A stretch of DNA of 64,000 bases, from assembly GCA_903813345.2 (NCBI GenBank), contig CAIIXF020000001.1, positions 38,936,001-39,000,000 on the forward strand, in the 5' to 3' direction. Of this stretch, positions 37,464 through 52,400 are shown piece after piece. The notes under the pieces are model-generated. The model saw nothing but the letters and a program-made list of their open reading frames with translations. It was not told the origin of the DNA and searched no databases. The stretch comes from Owenia fusiformis. Taxonomy: Eukaryota. Positions within the stretch are counted from its first letter, which is position 1, and every line of letters starts with the position of its first letter. The translations under genes were made by a program, and so were the position numbers.

Positions 37464-40400
37464 ATGAAGGTAGATTTACAAGTGCTTGCGGCCTCATCTA
37501 TCAAGAGGAAGAAGCCATGGCCAAGATTTGCCTGGCTAGGGCAGGTGAGTTAAAATTCTATCTACTTGGTGATTTCTCTATCAATTGTTATACTTTTAAA
37601 TATTTTCTTTAGAATTGACCTAGTGTTGCAGATCCCATATTTCTACAGTAGTTTACTACATACTTGTACTTATTTTGGCGGATTTGTCGTTTTGAACATT
37701 TGGAGGCCACTTAATTTGGCGGATTTGCCATATTAAAATGTACTAATGGTACTAATTTACATGATACTAAAATTACCAGGGAATATGGCAGACTTTAACA
37801 ATTTTGGTGGATCTGCCAAATTAAAACGGCCACCAAATTAAGTAGAAGTAGAGTGTTCAGTTCGATACAGGCATTTTCTCATTTTCAAAGTTGTAAACAT
37901 AGAATAAAGTCTCTATTAAAGTAACATCCATCTTGTTGCTTGTACCATTTTGGAAATGATGCTTCGAAAATATGAGTGTCTTCAAGTTCACTGTTTGTCA
38001 TATCTTGAGGTCCATTTTATTTTGTTTAACTTTCAGAGTACAGAGAGTCTGTTTATGGTTGATACTCACCGTTTGAGTGTGCTTTATCTTCCATCTGGGA
38101 AAACCAAGCGTACCATTCCTAAAGTCAGCCCTTTATTGAAAACAGCAGCCACTCTAAGCACATCAAACAATGGTACATGGTATTTTTCTAATTTTTCTAT
38201 TTTAGACGCATGGAATTGTACAGATGCATGGCATTTGCATCCCTTGATTTATCAAAGAAATGACCCTGCATTCTTGATTGCACTATTGTATTTTAACCGA
38301 TTTATGCATTTAAAACAAAAGAAGTATCATGCTTATGGAAATAAGTGGCTGTCCAATTTTGAAATACACAAATTAAAGAACTACTGCACAATCCTTTATA
38401 TATCCAAAAGGATATCAAGCTGAATAGTATATTGTATTAAATGTAAGTAATATTACTACTGAACAAAAAAAAGTTACCTGGAAAACATCAGGCGATAAAT
38501 AATTCTGTTGGATTATTTTTCAGGAGCCTATGTTTGTGGCTTACTTCAATCTGGAGACCTGTTCCTCTGGCACAAGGACACAGATCACCTTAAATCCATC
38601 ACAGGAACTCCTGCATTGTGTAAAGATATTGCAGGTAAAATACAATGCGAATCAGTATATTAATATATGGCTTGTATGTTCTTAAGATTAGATATATCAC
38701 AGACTCATCATTAAGCTCCCATTTGTAGACAATGAAGTGATTCTAGATTTTGATAGTTTCTAAGTCAGTGTATTGCATCAGAACTGAAGTATCCTTTACC
38801 TTCTCCCCAATCCTCCCCTGTGTTCCCCTTATATCTCTAACATAGTCTTTGTTTTTGGAAATATATATTGGTGAGAGACGGAGGCTTGATGCAAGACTAC
38901 TTCTAATATATTTGATAGGGCCTAGTATGTTTCTGGACTTTAATTAAAATAAACCAAATAAGATAATTGAGCAATGATGTCCTTTTGCTATCCAGGAGGA
39001 GCAAAGCCAGGGCTGTGGGTATCAGACGATGCAGATAGGGTCCTAGTTATGAATCCTCTGAGGGAGATCTTTATGTGGGAGAGCAGGATCAAAAGTGCAA
39101 CAGGGACATGGACCAAAGTAGAAGTGGCACATGGTCACAGTATTCCAGCTTCAGAATGCAAAGAGACTGCAGTCAGTGTGGTTTTCTACAATAACCAGGT
39201 ACTGTTTTTAATCAGATATATACTAGGTACATACAGGTATAAAGGTATATACAGTTATAACAACATTTTGAGTTATTGTTAAAATCATATCCTACTGATT
39301 TCAGGCTCTAGGGAAATGTTGCGAGTGTTCGATGGTGTTCTATAGAGATGGACAGCTACACATCACCACCGTGTTGTTACAGTGGTATTTAGAAGGACCC
39401 ATCCACTCAGATAGGTACCACTTTACATTTATTCTTACCATACAACATATATTGTGAATATTGAGTTGTTTTGTTAAACAAAACCAGTGATCTAAAAGTA
39501 TTGATTAGTGTCAAGAATTTGAGTGGGTTGCTCTATAAATCCTGTCACTTTAAGTATTGTATACTTTTGTGGAGATTGTACTGTTTCATCATTCATGGTC
39601 AATTAGTAATACATTTCAATACAAAATATACTGACTCAAAATAAATTGTTTTTAGAAGGTGGTTTCACACTACAATTTCTTCCATCAAATTTAATTTGTG
39701 AAACATGTTTATTTGCATGCAATGATTTTGCCACTATGTCTACCTTAAAATGTCACTTTCATTGTAGTTATGATTAAATGAGTATGAGATTATTTAGATG
39801 ATAACAAATAACAATGATTATGGTATTCCCTCAGTACAGCAGGTATTTTTTCACATTTTGTTTATGATGTATACAGGCAGGGATTTAAATAGTCTATTTA
39901 TTTGCAGGGCCCCAGGTTATAATGCAGAGTGGTCTGAAATGTGTGTCAACTTAGCTAGGTACAGGTGTATCCCTGTACGATCTAGAGGCGCTCTACTGGC
40001 CAAGTACACCCACTCAGGGGGCTCTCTAGGGGTTATTGTGAACCAACGTAACCCCCTACATACCATCAGCCTTACTGTAAGTCCCTTGACACATTCTGTG
40101 CTAGTGAACAGCATGAAGGGATGTGGTACCAGAGCAGATAATCAACAGCAGGGGAGGTAGGTCCTATGTTCTAATAATGCTAAAAAAATATGATGGGTGG
40201 TACGTAAATGATTGTAAACAAAATGAGCAAGATGTTAATATATAGGGTGTCTCAAAAAAATGTACCCAAAAGTATATCAACACCATAGACAAACCAATCA
40301 ATATTTTCAGATATTTTTTGCATGGTCTTGTAGATAAAAGATGAAAGTTTTTTCCCCTATACACAGTTTTTAATTCAGTTTTGCCTTTTTAATACTTTAA

Positions 40401-43400
40401 CCTGTTACCTTTTGCACCACATATTCAATGTAACCTCATATTTCGATGACAGTGCTGAGAAAAAAGTATGGGCCGTCAAATATGGTGAGTTGGGAGGCCC
40501 TCACAATGTCTTATAGCCCCCTTATACAAAGAGGTCAGAGGTTCAAGGAACTGCATTGGTTGGGATTCTATAGTAGCCTTTGTTGTGTGTATCAATTTGA
40601 GACCATTGTGTTTTCATTTGGATATCATTTGGTCTCCAGGCTAGCCTGCATAACTCTGGAAGGTAACTCCTGAATCATTTGCCGATAATTGACCAGATTA
40701 TCTGTGTTTGTTCTGCCATAGTCATCCTCGAACATCTTTCTCTGTGGCTACTTGAGGGAGTGTTTTAATGCTCATTCCAAGCAAAAAGACCTAGAACAAC
40801 TTAAGGGCAACATCCAAAGAGAAATCCAAAACATTCCACCAGAATTATTATCAAATATGATGAACAATGTAGCAGTAAAGATAAAGGTTGTCATCGAAAT
40901 ATGAGGTTACATCGATTATGTGGTGTAAAAGGTAAAGGGTTAAAGCATCAAGAAGACAAGACTGAAATAAAAATGGTGTATTGGGGAGAAAACTTTCAAG
41001 TTTTGGCAACATGACTATGCAAAAAATGTCTGAAAATATTGATTGGTTTATCTGTGCTCTTGATATACTTTTGGGTACATTTTTTGAGACACCCTGTACT
41101 TCACCTTTTAGTTTAAAAATTATAAATACTTGTATATCAAACTGTCGATCAGCATGTCTACAATTCAAAAAGTCTCAATTTGCATTTTTACATTCAGATG
41201 CATTTGCATCTCAATTATGGAGAGATATACAATCTCTTTTCCCACTATAAAACCTTATATGTTACTTCCAGGAAATTCTGGATCACTGATATAGCCTGGA
41301 CTCACAATGATACATTTCTGGTGTGTATCACAAAGCATGGTTTTGTCTGCACTGCCTGTAGGGGAGGAGAACCAGTGTCAATTCAGAGCCAGGGGTGCTC
41401 AGTCGAGATGGGCCCTGCTCTTTACCTTCCCCTGCATCCCCTCATAACTGTACAGTAAGAATTCAAAGTTAATTATTTACAGTATAGTGGAATTGGTCTA
41501 ATCCAATCGCCAACGGGATCAGCCAAAAGTGTTTGGATTAGCATTTCATTTCATTGTTTTTTAAACATCAAGGTCAATGGTAGAAACAATGTTGACATTG
41601 AGAAGTAACTCTGTGCTCAACTCAAAAATTATGTCATAGAAAATTAGCAGATGTAAATCAAATGAAATAGTTCAGGTTAAAGAGAAGAGGTCTACAAGGG
41701 TTATCACTAAACCAATTAAAGGAGATACATTGGTTGTTATATGTTTAAATGGAAGGTCATCCTTACAGTTTAGAGAAATCAACAGTCATCTATTTGATCA
41801 TCTTGCCAATTTATATTACTTTTGTTTCATGTATTTTAGGACAAAGAAAACCACTTCAGTTCCCCAGGCTGAGGTAGACCAGTCAATAACATCAACCCAA
41901 TCAGATGCCGACCAAATGCGTCAACGGTTTTCTATCTCAACACATCCTAGATTACCCATAATCCTGTGCTCCGATGGATACCTTGTAACTGTGCTCCAAA
42001 TAGACGCTAATACATCATGCGCTATGGTTGTTAAGGGTTTCATATTTGAAGCTAACTTGCACATAAAGACGATAAAGGATACATTAGGATTAAACACTAC
42101 ACTTGCTGACTCCATGCATACAAGAGACGCCAGCTTCTTGAATATGTCAATAGGCTCACAAATTCGGCAAAAACAGAAAAATAAATTAAGCTCAGGGATG
42201 AATCTTGCTCAACAAAAGGGTAAAACCAAAAGTAATTTTGAGTTTGAGAAATTGAGCGATACTCTTGATAACACTGGTACAAGTGATTTAAGTGGGACTT
42301 ATTATGGGGATAGAACTACCCCTGGTTTATTCTTTGGTGCTTCTCAGGCTGAATCTGGTAGAATTGACTTTGGAGACATTGAAGCTATAAGTGTTGATAG
42401 CTCTATTGAAGACTATGCCAATCTTGGCCAGATGTCCGTCCATATATCAAAAGCAAGGGATCTATTAAAAACAGCCTGGAACCTTGTGGTGACTAATACT
42501 GAACCCTGGGGTCCTGAACTTGAACTACACACAAAACATATAAAGAGTGGACTGAGCGAGGTGATTAGATTTATGCTCAATGTAAATGATGGTGCTAGTG
42601 ACAATGAAGAACCCATCAAAATCAAGATCACCAAAGTACTCTCATTTGTGTGTGATCTCCTACAAATGCTACACTTTGATACAATTCGGCAGGGAATGAT
42701 GACTCATGGGCTAACTTTAATACTCAGGAGCATGCACACTATACTAAGCTACCAGGAAACTTCTGTTAATTTCACACGGGTGGCCTTATTACACAGCACC
42801 TGGCAGTTTATGCAGTGGGTCAGTAAAAAGATGAACCAGATTTATGCTTGGCTCCCCAAGCCTATCCAAATGAACGCTATCCCCAGACATGTTCAGCTTG
42901 GATATACTGATTGGAGAGAACCTGCTATACTCCTTGCCCTGGCTAACACCTCTGGGGCACTCTCCAAGCAGATCCCAACAGCAGGTACCTCACAAGAGAG
43001 CACTTTATCAGTCTCCATGCAGCAGAATGAGAGTATGGCTGTAGCTTCTCTAATTGAAAGAAGGTTGGTGATTTACTACTTTTATCTCTATTGTATATTC
43101 AATACAATTCTTGAATATTGCATCTGAATTTGTATCTGACTGGAAAATGTGACCCCCTCCCTCACCTCTAGAAGATGAAGTAGATAAGAGGAGGGGGGTC
43201 CAGAGACTTTATGCATGATTGAATGTCCATGTCTCATCATGATTGAATGTCCATGTCTCATCATGATTGAATGTCCATGTCTCATCATGATTGAATGTCC
43301 ATGTCTCATCATGATTGAATGTCCATGTCTCATCATGATTGAATGTCCATGTCTCATCATGATTGAATGTCCATGTCTCATCATGATTGAATGTCCATGT

Positions 43401-46400
43401 CTCATTATGATTGAATGTCCATGTCTCATCATGATTGAATTTCCATGTCGCAACATGATTGGATGTCCATGTCTCATCATGATTGAATGTCCATGTCTCA
43501 TCATGATTGAATGTCCATGTCTCATCATGATTGAATGTCCATGTCTCATTATGATTGAATGTCCATGTCTCATCATGATTGAATGTCCATGTCTCATCAT
43601 GATTGAATGTCCATGTCTCATCATAATTGAATGTCCATGTCTCACGCATTTGTTTTCAGACTGTCCATAGCCTGGAAGCTGTTGTATATAGAGTCTACAG
43701 AACATTGGTGTAACATAACTCGCTCTCGCTCTAATAAACAAGAGGTGGCAAAAATGTCTGCTCTTACACTGGCCTTACAACACAAGATACAGGCACTAGG
43801 GTGCCAAGTGCCATTTAAGTCATCTACACAAATAAATAAAGGTATTTAAAAACCTGTAATTTTTTTATTGAAGTATTTCAAGATATTTGCTGTATCAACA
43901 GTTCTAATATGTGTTCATATTATTGATATCTGAAGAATATTTATTTTTTATATTTCATTATTTTATCAGGTTGCCAGCTGTACTTAGATGGGATGTATGA
44001 TGCAGCTGTGGATGAATGGATGCTACAGCTGTCTCAGTTAACAGGTGAGATACACATATACAGATACATGTCTTTTACATTACATTTATTATTTGATTAA
44101 TTATGAATGGGAAACAGTTTAAGACCCTTAGGTGTGACATTAACATATTTCTCGGTCATACAATATTGTTATAAGTGCATTAAGAAACAGAATCTAACCC
44201 CACAAAACATATCTATCCTACAAATACTGAATATATTTTCAGATGACGAGAGTACTAGTGTCTTACCAGCTCGTCTCCTACTAGCTATTGCCTACACACA
44301 CTTACACCAGCATTGCTTGTATGCTGTCCTAGACCTTCTTCTTAGTGCAATGTCACAACATGACCCTCGTAATATACCTGCCCAGCTAGAGAACCAGCAC
44401 CTTACCACCATCAATGTACAGGTACAGGGTAGCAATTTATTATTTCACTTATGAGGTTGAGTAGGGATATAGGGCATATTTTATACTTTGATGATGAGAA
44501 TTTCATCAAACTTTTTGCTTTTTACTCCGCTTTTTACTTGATGAGCAAATCTATTACTACATTACATCTTCTATGATTTCTTAAAAATATTGCATCTTTG
44601 GTGACAATAGAAGTAACATTTATTTTTCAAGCACTTCACCATTTTTTGGTTTTATGACCAGCGTTTGTCCATCAGAAATCAATATCACTGTTTTTTGCAA
44701 ACAGCTTATTGAAAACAGGTGGTGACATTTTGTTTCTAATGCCTTGTTTGAATTTGTTTGCAGGTGTGGAAGATTGGTGACCCACTACCCCCTGTTGTAA
44801 CATGCCCTAACTCAAGAATCCTTATACAGAATGTTGGGCGGTTTATGGCATCTTATTTCACAAGTTCAACTCTTTATGTCTACCCAGCACACCAGCCTAG
44901 AGTCTTGTCTCCACTTATGAGCACCTCACATGGTAAGTCTCCACATATTTTGAGTGACTTACATTATAAAATAGATTTAAGATGATACATCCCCATATGA
45001 ATGCTTGTCTCAGTTACAGTATCATCTCGACCAAACTTAAACTTTTGTTTTGATTGCAGAGAGTTGGGTATTATTAGTTGATAAAGCTAGAGCTAGTATA
45101 ACCCGAGCTTATAGTGAAGACAAGTCTAAACAAACACCAAACTTAAACTATTGTTTTGATTGCAGAAGGTCGACTATTATTAGTAGACAGGGCCAGTATA
45201 ACCCAAGCTATTAGTGAAGAGGGTGTGTCAGCTCTATGGACTGTAGATGGCTGTCTCCACTACCTGCTACTGGGGGGTTTAGTCTCTGAGGCGGTTTGGT
45301 TTGCTCACTCTATAGGTGACTGGAAGTCGGCTCTCATACTTTCTGTCATGTGCAAGAAGGTATCCGCTATAAGAAATTGGACAGAGTGAGTATTATTTTG
45401 TTGAAAGACTTGTCATTCATCAGTTTTTGTGTGTCCATGGGCTTTCTGTGGAGCCCAACAAATATTTTCATTCAAATACTTTCATACACTTTCAATATGG
45501 GTTATTTTGTGAGTTGTTTTATGATGCTTGATCTTTATATCTCTATTTCATTTTACATGTTCATATTGTTCCTGAACTGTTTTAATGATGCTACTACATA
45601 TGTGAGACAAGTGCTATTTATGAAACGTTAATAGTTAGCTGATTTAAGGTACTTTTCATAATTTTAGGTGCGTACCTTTGCCGCAAGAACTTCAAGCTGA
45701 AGAGTTGATGAAGAGTAAACTGCTAAGTCTAGTTCAGTCCTGCACACAGATCAACCGCCAGTCCAACTCTAGCCCACCTTCCATACCAACACCAGAGGGT
45801 AAACTACAGAGATCACAATCTCTAAGCACAATTCAAAGCTCTACAGGTAAACACTTTCACCAGGGATTCTTTCATATGTATGCATTTTATTTGAGACATT
45901 ACACGGTCCCTTGTTCCTAGTTGGCGTGATCTTGTTTAACTGTGCATTGTAAAACAATACTTGAAAATATCTAAAAAAGCAATGAATTGTATCCATAGAT
46001 TAAGCACATTGTAATTTCTGATTTTCTGATTTCTTGAAGTCTGTGAACTTGTAGCTATTACGTTTAAGAAAAGATTAATACATAACTACAGCATACATGT
46101 ATCTGTATATGGGCCACTACTTTTCCACTAGCATCTCCACGTTACAATGCAGACTCCACTCTTGAGCAGATCTCCAGAACATTGGGGGATACCCTGCAAT
46201 GTGGTGTTATATGCGGGGTGTCCCTCACCCCCTGGTTGCTGGGCAAGCTAATAGATAAACTGAAGGCTGTGGTGTCTAACATGAGTACGCTTGTACCTGA
46301 AGGATTCTACCTTCCTGCACCACCCCTCTATTGTCCACAACCTACAGTCACTGAACTGGTAAATATAATATTATCCATAACTTTCAGTCATTGAACTTGT

Positions 46401-49400
46401 AAATATAAAATTATCCATAATCTACAGTCATTGAACTGGTAAATATAAAATTATCCATAACCTACAGTCATTGAACTGGTAAATATAAAATTATCCACAA
46501 CCTACAGTCACTGAACTGGTAAATATAAAATTATCCATTACCTACAGCCATTGAACTAGTAAATATAATTATGTCCACAGCCTACAGTCACTACCCTTTG
46601 CATTCCTTTGACTTCTTAAAATATGTCAATATATATGACATGTGTAAATAGATTTCTTAAACTAAGTAGAGTTTTTTTGTGTACCATATATTAAGATGTA
46701 GTATGGATACAGGGTGTACCACATATTAAAATGTAGTATGGATACAGGGTGTACCACATATTGAGGTGAAGTATGGACACAGGGTGTACCACATATTGAG
46801 GTGTAGTATGGACACAGGGTGTACCACATATTGAAATGTAGTATGGATACAGGGTGTACCACATATTGAGGTGTAGTATGGACACAGGGTGTACCACATA
46901 TTGAGTTGTAGTATGGATACAGGGTGAACCATGTTATGAGATGGTTACATCATGTTCCAACATTGCGCCTGTACCATGTTTTGAGATGTATTTTGTTTTC
47001 AGGGAGTACCATGTATTGGGGTTGAGGACGAGCAGAGATATAGGGAGGAGATATCTAGCATTGTACAGCTTATCCTGATGGTCCTACAAGTCTCCAACCT
47101 TGACCTTCCAACTGCCAGGTGCTACACACACAAACTTAACATTCTGCGTAAAATGATGGTAAGCTTGAGGGTCAGTGTTAACAAATCCACAATCTCAACA
47201 TATTGAATTAATGATATTTCAATTTGCAGAATTTTTCATTGAATAAATAAAATGTAATATAAAACTGCTATTTCTTGGGTGAAATATTTCATTCTGAATT
47301 TGCTACTCAGTAGATTTACCATATTTACTTTATTCAGTATAATGCATTCAGGCCCGTAGCCAGGATTTGCCAAGGGGGTTCAGTTTTCAAAAATTTCCAG
47401 GGGGGTTCACATTTGACAATTTTGGCCCAAATATGGCTAAAATTACTTGAGAAGTGCTCAAAATGGTGAAAAACTGCATGATTTTGAAAAAAAATTTGGG
47501 CCTGGCATTATATGAGATTCATTGTTGAAGTTATTTTGTTAATCATATTTGGAACAGATGACAGCAGGAAATATTTGAATTCTGTTGATTTTGGGAGGTT
47601 GTGTAAGATACATTATATCATAGGGCAACCCAACTAAAGAAGAAGCTAGGAGTCTGAGAAACTTGCAAGAAAACTTCCTCCAGCCCCAAGACATACTGAC
47701 ACCCCATGAGGACCAGACAGATATATGTGAGAGTCTCCATGCATTCAGAGAACTTTGTTGTAATCTATGGCATCTGAAAGTCCGAGATTCGCTGACTCAA
47801 CACTTGAGAATTAAAAAACGCATGGCGGAAAATGCTGGATATCCTGCCCAGGTTAGCACAATTACCTTATCATAACTTTCAATCTAGTTTCTCTACTGTT
47901 CTTGTAATGATTTTGATTTAAGTGAACATTGAATCGTAAATCAACCTATTCTTTATTAATGATTGCTAAAAGTAATCTAGGCACCAAAGGAAGATATTTC
48001 ATAGATTGGGCATCTGAAACAGCAGTTGACATGTAGCAGTGTCTTTTAACATCCTCCGACCACAGGGCATCAAAATCCAGAATATATTCTTTCTTTTACC
48101 CCCTGCGATAAGCAGTTAGCATTTCCCTGATTAAGAACTCGCAATCTGATTGGCTGCACAACACTGCGACAGAAATCATGTATATGTCATTGCGCATAAT
48201 TAGATCACGTGATTCAGTTTAATCGGGCGCTTCCAAATTGGTTATAGCAGGGGGAAGAAGGAGGTACGGATTCTGGATACCTGCTTAGGAGGATGTGTCT
48301 GTAACAAATTGTTCTACTTTTGTAACCATTTGCAATAACTTTCCAGGTGGTGACATTTTGTCATATTTATGCCTTGTTTATATTGTTTATATATACAATG
48401 GTTGCAGGTTAGCAGAATGTCTTCCACTGCATGGTTGGAACATGCGCATAGGAGCCTTAACTGGGCCACAGCTATGCTTCCCTTCACTCGCTTCATGAGC
48501 AATGAAAATGAGGCTTATGACATTGTTCTCTCCCTATTGGAAGAACTTCCAGCCAATCAAGATACTGCAAATCTCCTCGCTGAACATTTCTATGACATTG
48601 ACAGTCTAGATCCCATAATCCAAGACAAAGTGAATAGGTTATTGAAAGAATGGCGGAGAGTTAAAATTCAGAAAGTCTCAGGAAAAGGAAAATCAAAGTC
48701 TAAAAATACCAAAAACCTCATACTGTCAGTATATTTCCATCACCAAACTAAACGAATGGTGAAAGAAAAGGAAGATAGAATAGCTCTGCTTGGAGAGTAT
48801 GAGGAGTTTATATACACAGGGGAACCTAGTGTCCATCCTCCATGCATTGGCTCAAGATCTTATGAAGCTGATTTTGAGTTCTGGAAATTCCTTGATACAT
48901 TTCTGGATATTGCTCTTGCGAGGTCCATACAGAATGAGGCAGATCCTGACCATAAACAATCACAGCCATATCTCAAACCTTTCTTCAAAGGTATCACAAA
49001 CTCTCAGCTAGAGTCGGTAGCTAAGAAAACATCTATTAAAATGCACCTGAAGAATAAACTTGGATCTACCATGGAATATCTGCAAGATGAACTCAAATTC
49101 ACAAGTTCCTCCCCAGGAGAAAAAAGTCCTAAGGAAAGTGCAATGAAACCTCCATCCTCACCCCAGAAGTTCTTGCCAAAAAGTACTAATCATAAACCAA
49201 GAGGATTATTCAGGAGTAAAAGCTTGAGTGAACTACAACCAATCAGGAGAGGAGATCATAGGGTTGCTAAGGTAACCCCAATACTGAGGCATAGATCATC
49301 CAGTCAATCTAATCTAAAAAGTTCACCATTGAGGAATAAACCCTTGAGAAAGGCAGATCAAGGGGGATCAAGTAGTGACCTGAGGAAATTTGTAACATTC

Positions 49401-52400
49401 AATCAAACAAAACTTCAGAAGCTTGCCTCAGCAAGTATGAAAAGTCTTGGAAGTACATCATCCCAAACCATCAAGTCTTGGGCTGAAGCAACTAAGAAAT
49501 CAAAACCAGCAATACTAGAGCCATTACAGAAACCAATGGACTTGGTCAAAGTTGATAATATTGAGAAAAAATTTGAAAAACTTGGAAAGTTTCTTAACTG
49601 GCTAGTTCACTGGTCTGGGAAACACCATGTGTTTCAGTTGGGTCCTGACACTAATGAAAATGAACACAAACATACTAAGAAGTCCAGCATTAGAGTGAAT
49701 GTAACAACATCTCTATTGTTACACAGTGTCTGGATTGTGAACCAAATAACAACACTAAGTGACAATGAAAAAGTCCAAAATCTTGCATCTGAACCTGCTA
49801 TGGAAACTCTTAATGATTCTGTTAGGCTTCCCCCAGAGGTTGATAATTCTGTTGAGGCTAATGAAAGTTCTAAAGATGTTACAAACAAAAGCGAAAATGA
49901 ACCTCAAACTTACAAACCAGCCACGCCATTGCATCAGAAAATATTGAAAAGAATGAGGCAGAAATCTACAAAAACCAAACCAAAAGAAAAAGAAAATATG
50001 AATAATCGTGATACAAAGCCAAAACAGAAAAAGGTGAAAGGTAAACAAATAGATCATAAGGACCTGAATTCATTTAAAGCAGACAAAAGTAGAACCCCTG
50101 ATGAGAATATTGGAACACCTGCATCAGCCAAACCTTTAACAGAGTCAGTGAAGATCCCCAATCAGCAAATCAAAGAGGTGCAAAATGTGAGGTAAAGGAT
50201 GAAATGTAACTCATAGTGTTTAGTGTTATTCCTTTTAATATTCTTTCTGTTTATGTATTTCCATTGGCTTATATTACTTTATCTTCAGATGCACTGAAAA
50301 CTAACTGGAGGTGGTTTATATTGTGTATGCTTAGATAAACATCTGCAAAGGTGTAGCCAAGATAAAAAAAAATAGCTGATACAAACCTTCCAAGTACGAT
50401 GTCATACTTTATGACATAATTTTTACAGTTTTAGTAAAAAAAATATTTGATTTGATTTGAAAACTATATTTATTCTGGGTAGCTCTATCAGTACAATACT
50501 GGTCTTCATAGAGGCCCAGTAAAAATTTACAAATAGATATATAAGACATATAGAACAATTGAAAAGTTATTTTCCACTAAAATTTTGGTGAGGCGTGATT
50601 GCCTCAAAGCTAGCTACACCATTGAAGATGTATCAATAACAAGTTTCATTTTCTTAAATTATGTCACTACCCGAAGTGGTGACATATTGTCTCCAACTTT
50701 TTTGTAGTTGTTGTTTGGTGGTGGGTGTCTGTAACACATATGAGGTGGTGACATTGTGCTTGTTAATTGCCTTGTATTATTAATGTTGTAATCTGGGAGT
50801 TAACAGCTCCATATATCTCTGAACTATAGTTTTGCTGTTTCTTCCAGCTTTAATGTTAGTGACTCTTCTAACTCAACGCTTGGTGTAAGCTCTATAGAAT
50901 TGTCTACTGGTTCTCTTAGGTCTTTTCTGCACAAACTTTCTAAACCTGGCCTAAGGTAAAGCTTGCATTTTCTATTGCTTTTAATGTTTATTTCATTAAT
51001 AGGACCAAGGGGCTCAACAAGATTGCATATAATTTGTATCTTATATGTTAATTATCTTATTATCCAAAATGAATTAAATTCTGTAGGATGAGAAACACAG
51101 TGTAGCTTCTTATCCAATTACATTGTTAATGTTCAACTTTTTGCATGTCTTTTAAACCAAGCGAAAGGAGACACATGGTAGGAAAATATGCAAAAACAAT
51201 GTTAAAACTAAAGTTAATAGAGAATATTGAGCATATAATTTATTTCAATCTAGCTCATCAGCTCATTTTTTTAAGTAAAACTCCTGTGGCTGTTCTTGGG
51301 GAAGAAATTTGATGGAATGGAAAGGAGCCTGCTGAAAGATATCTGGGCAATAGCTGAAAAACAGCTTTAAATTTTTGTTAATTATCCAATTCTCCACAAA
51401 GTCTGTGAGTGTTTCACATTCAACAAGAAGAGTCTTTAGAAAATAGCCCATATATTAATGATTTAAGAAAATTATAATTCATATCAATTTGGTATTATTC
51501 ACTAGCTGAGTGATTATCCATTTTTCTTAGGCAAGCAGGGCAGGAACCGTTAGACTCTACAGCACTCCCAGATTTTGAACCTACAGATGCTGGTCATCCC
51601 AAGTCAGGTTCAGGTATTGTAGAAGATACAATGGCCCATTCTCCATTGCTTCTGCCTACTGCTGATAAACCTAGCCAGAGTCTAGAGGCAGTGAACACAA
51701 ATGACTCAGGGAGTAACATGGGAGAACAGACAGGTGACTTTGGGGTACACTCTGACAACTTTGAGGTGCAGTCTGGCAATCTCGGGGTGCAGCCTAGCAA
51801 TCTTGGAGTGCAGCCTGGTGATCTAGGGGTACAGTTGCAAAACATTGTCAGGGGAGAAATGAGAAAAATTATGGAGGTACTAGTATTTTAATAAATGCTA
51901 TTTTACTGTTAAAGTAGTTTTTTGGTAATGATTTTTATTTTCAAGCATAATTATGTCCTGTTCATTTTAATATAAAAACCTACACTTTATCATAAAATTA
52001 TTTTTAAGCCTCAGGCCACTGCCTGTGATTCAAGAATTACAGAAAAAGTACAAAGAAATAATGATATCTTTGTAAATTTCAGCTTCAACACCAGGGTCTC
52101 CTAGCTATGATAGGTGCTATGGATGGCGCACCCCTTCAACAGCCAACATCTGATACACAAATACCTCAAGCCTCTAAAGTATCAAAAGTATCAAACAACC
52201 AACAACCGAACATATCCAAGAAGAATTCTAGTCATAAACACCAGAGAAGCAAACCTAGGAAAAAGAAAGTCGAGCCATCCGTTGAAGAGTCAACGGTGGA
52301 GGCTACAGGGACATATAGTGACACTAGTATTGATATTAGCAGTAAAACATTAGACCTAGATGATCTCAGAGCTCCAACTCTCAAGTCTAAAGTATCAACA

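Noticed and set aside
43088..43741. Repetitive ORFs (MIECPCLI)n, (RHGHSIMM)n, (HDETWTFN)n, and a CRISPR-like appearance
   Set aside because: By-products of a 24-bp intronic minisatellite. Units abut with no unique spacers, there are no cas genes, and the context is eukaryotic.
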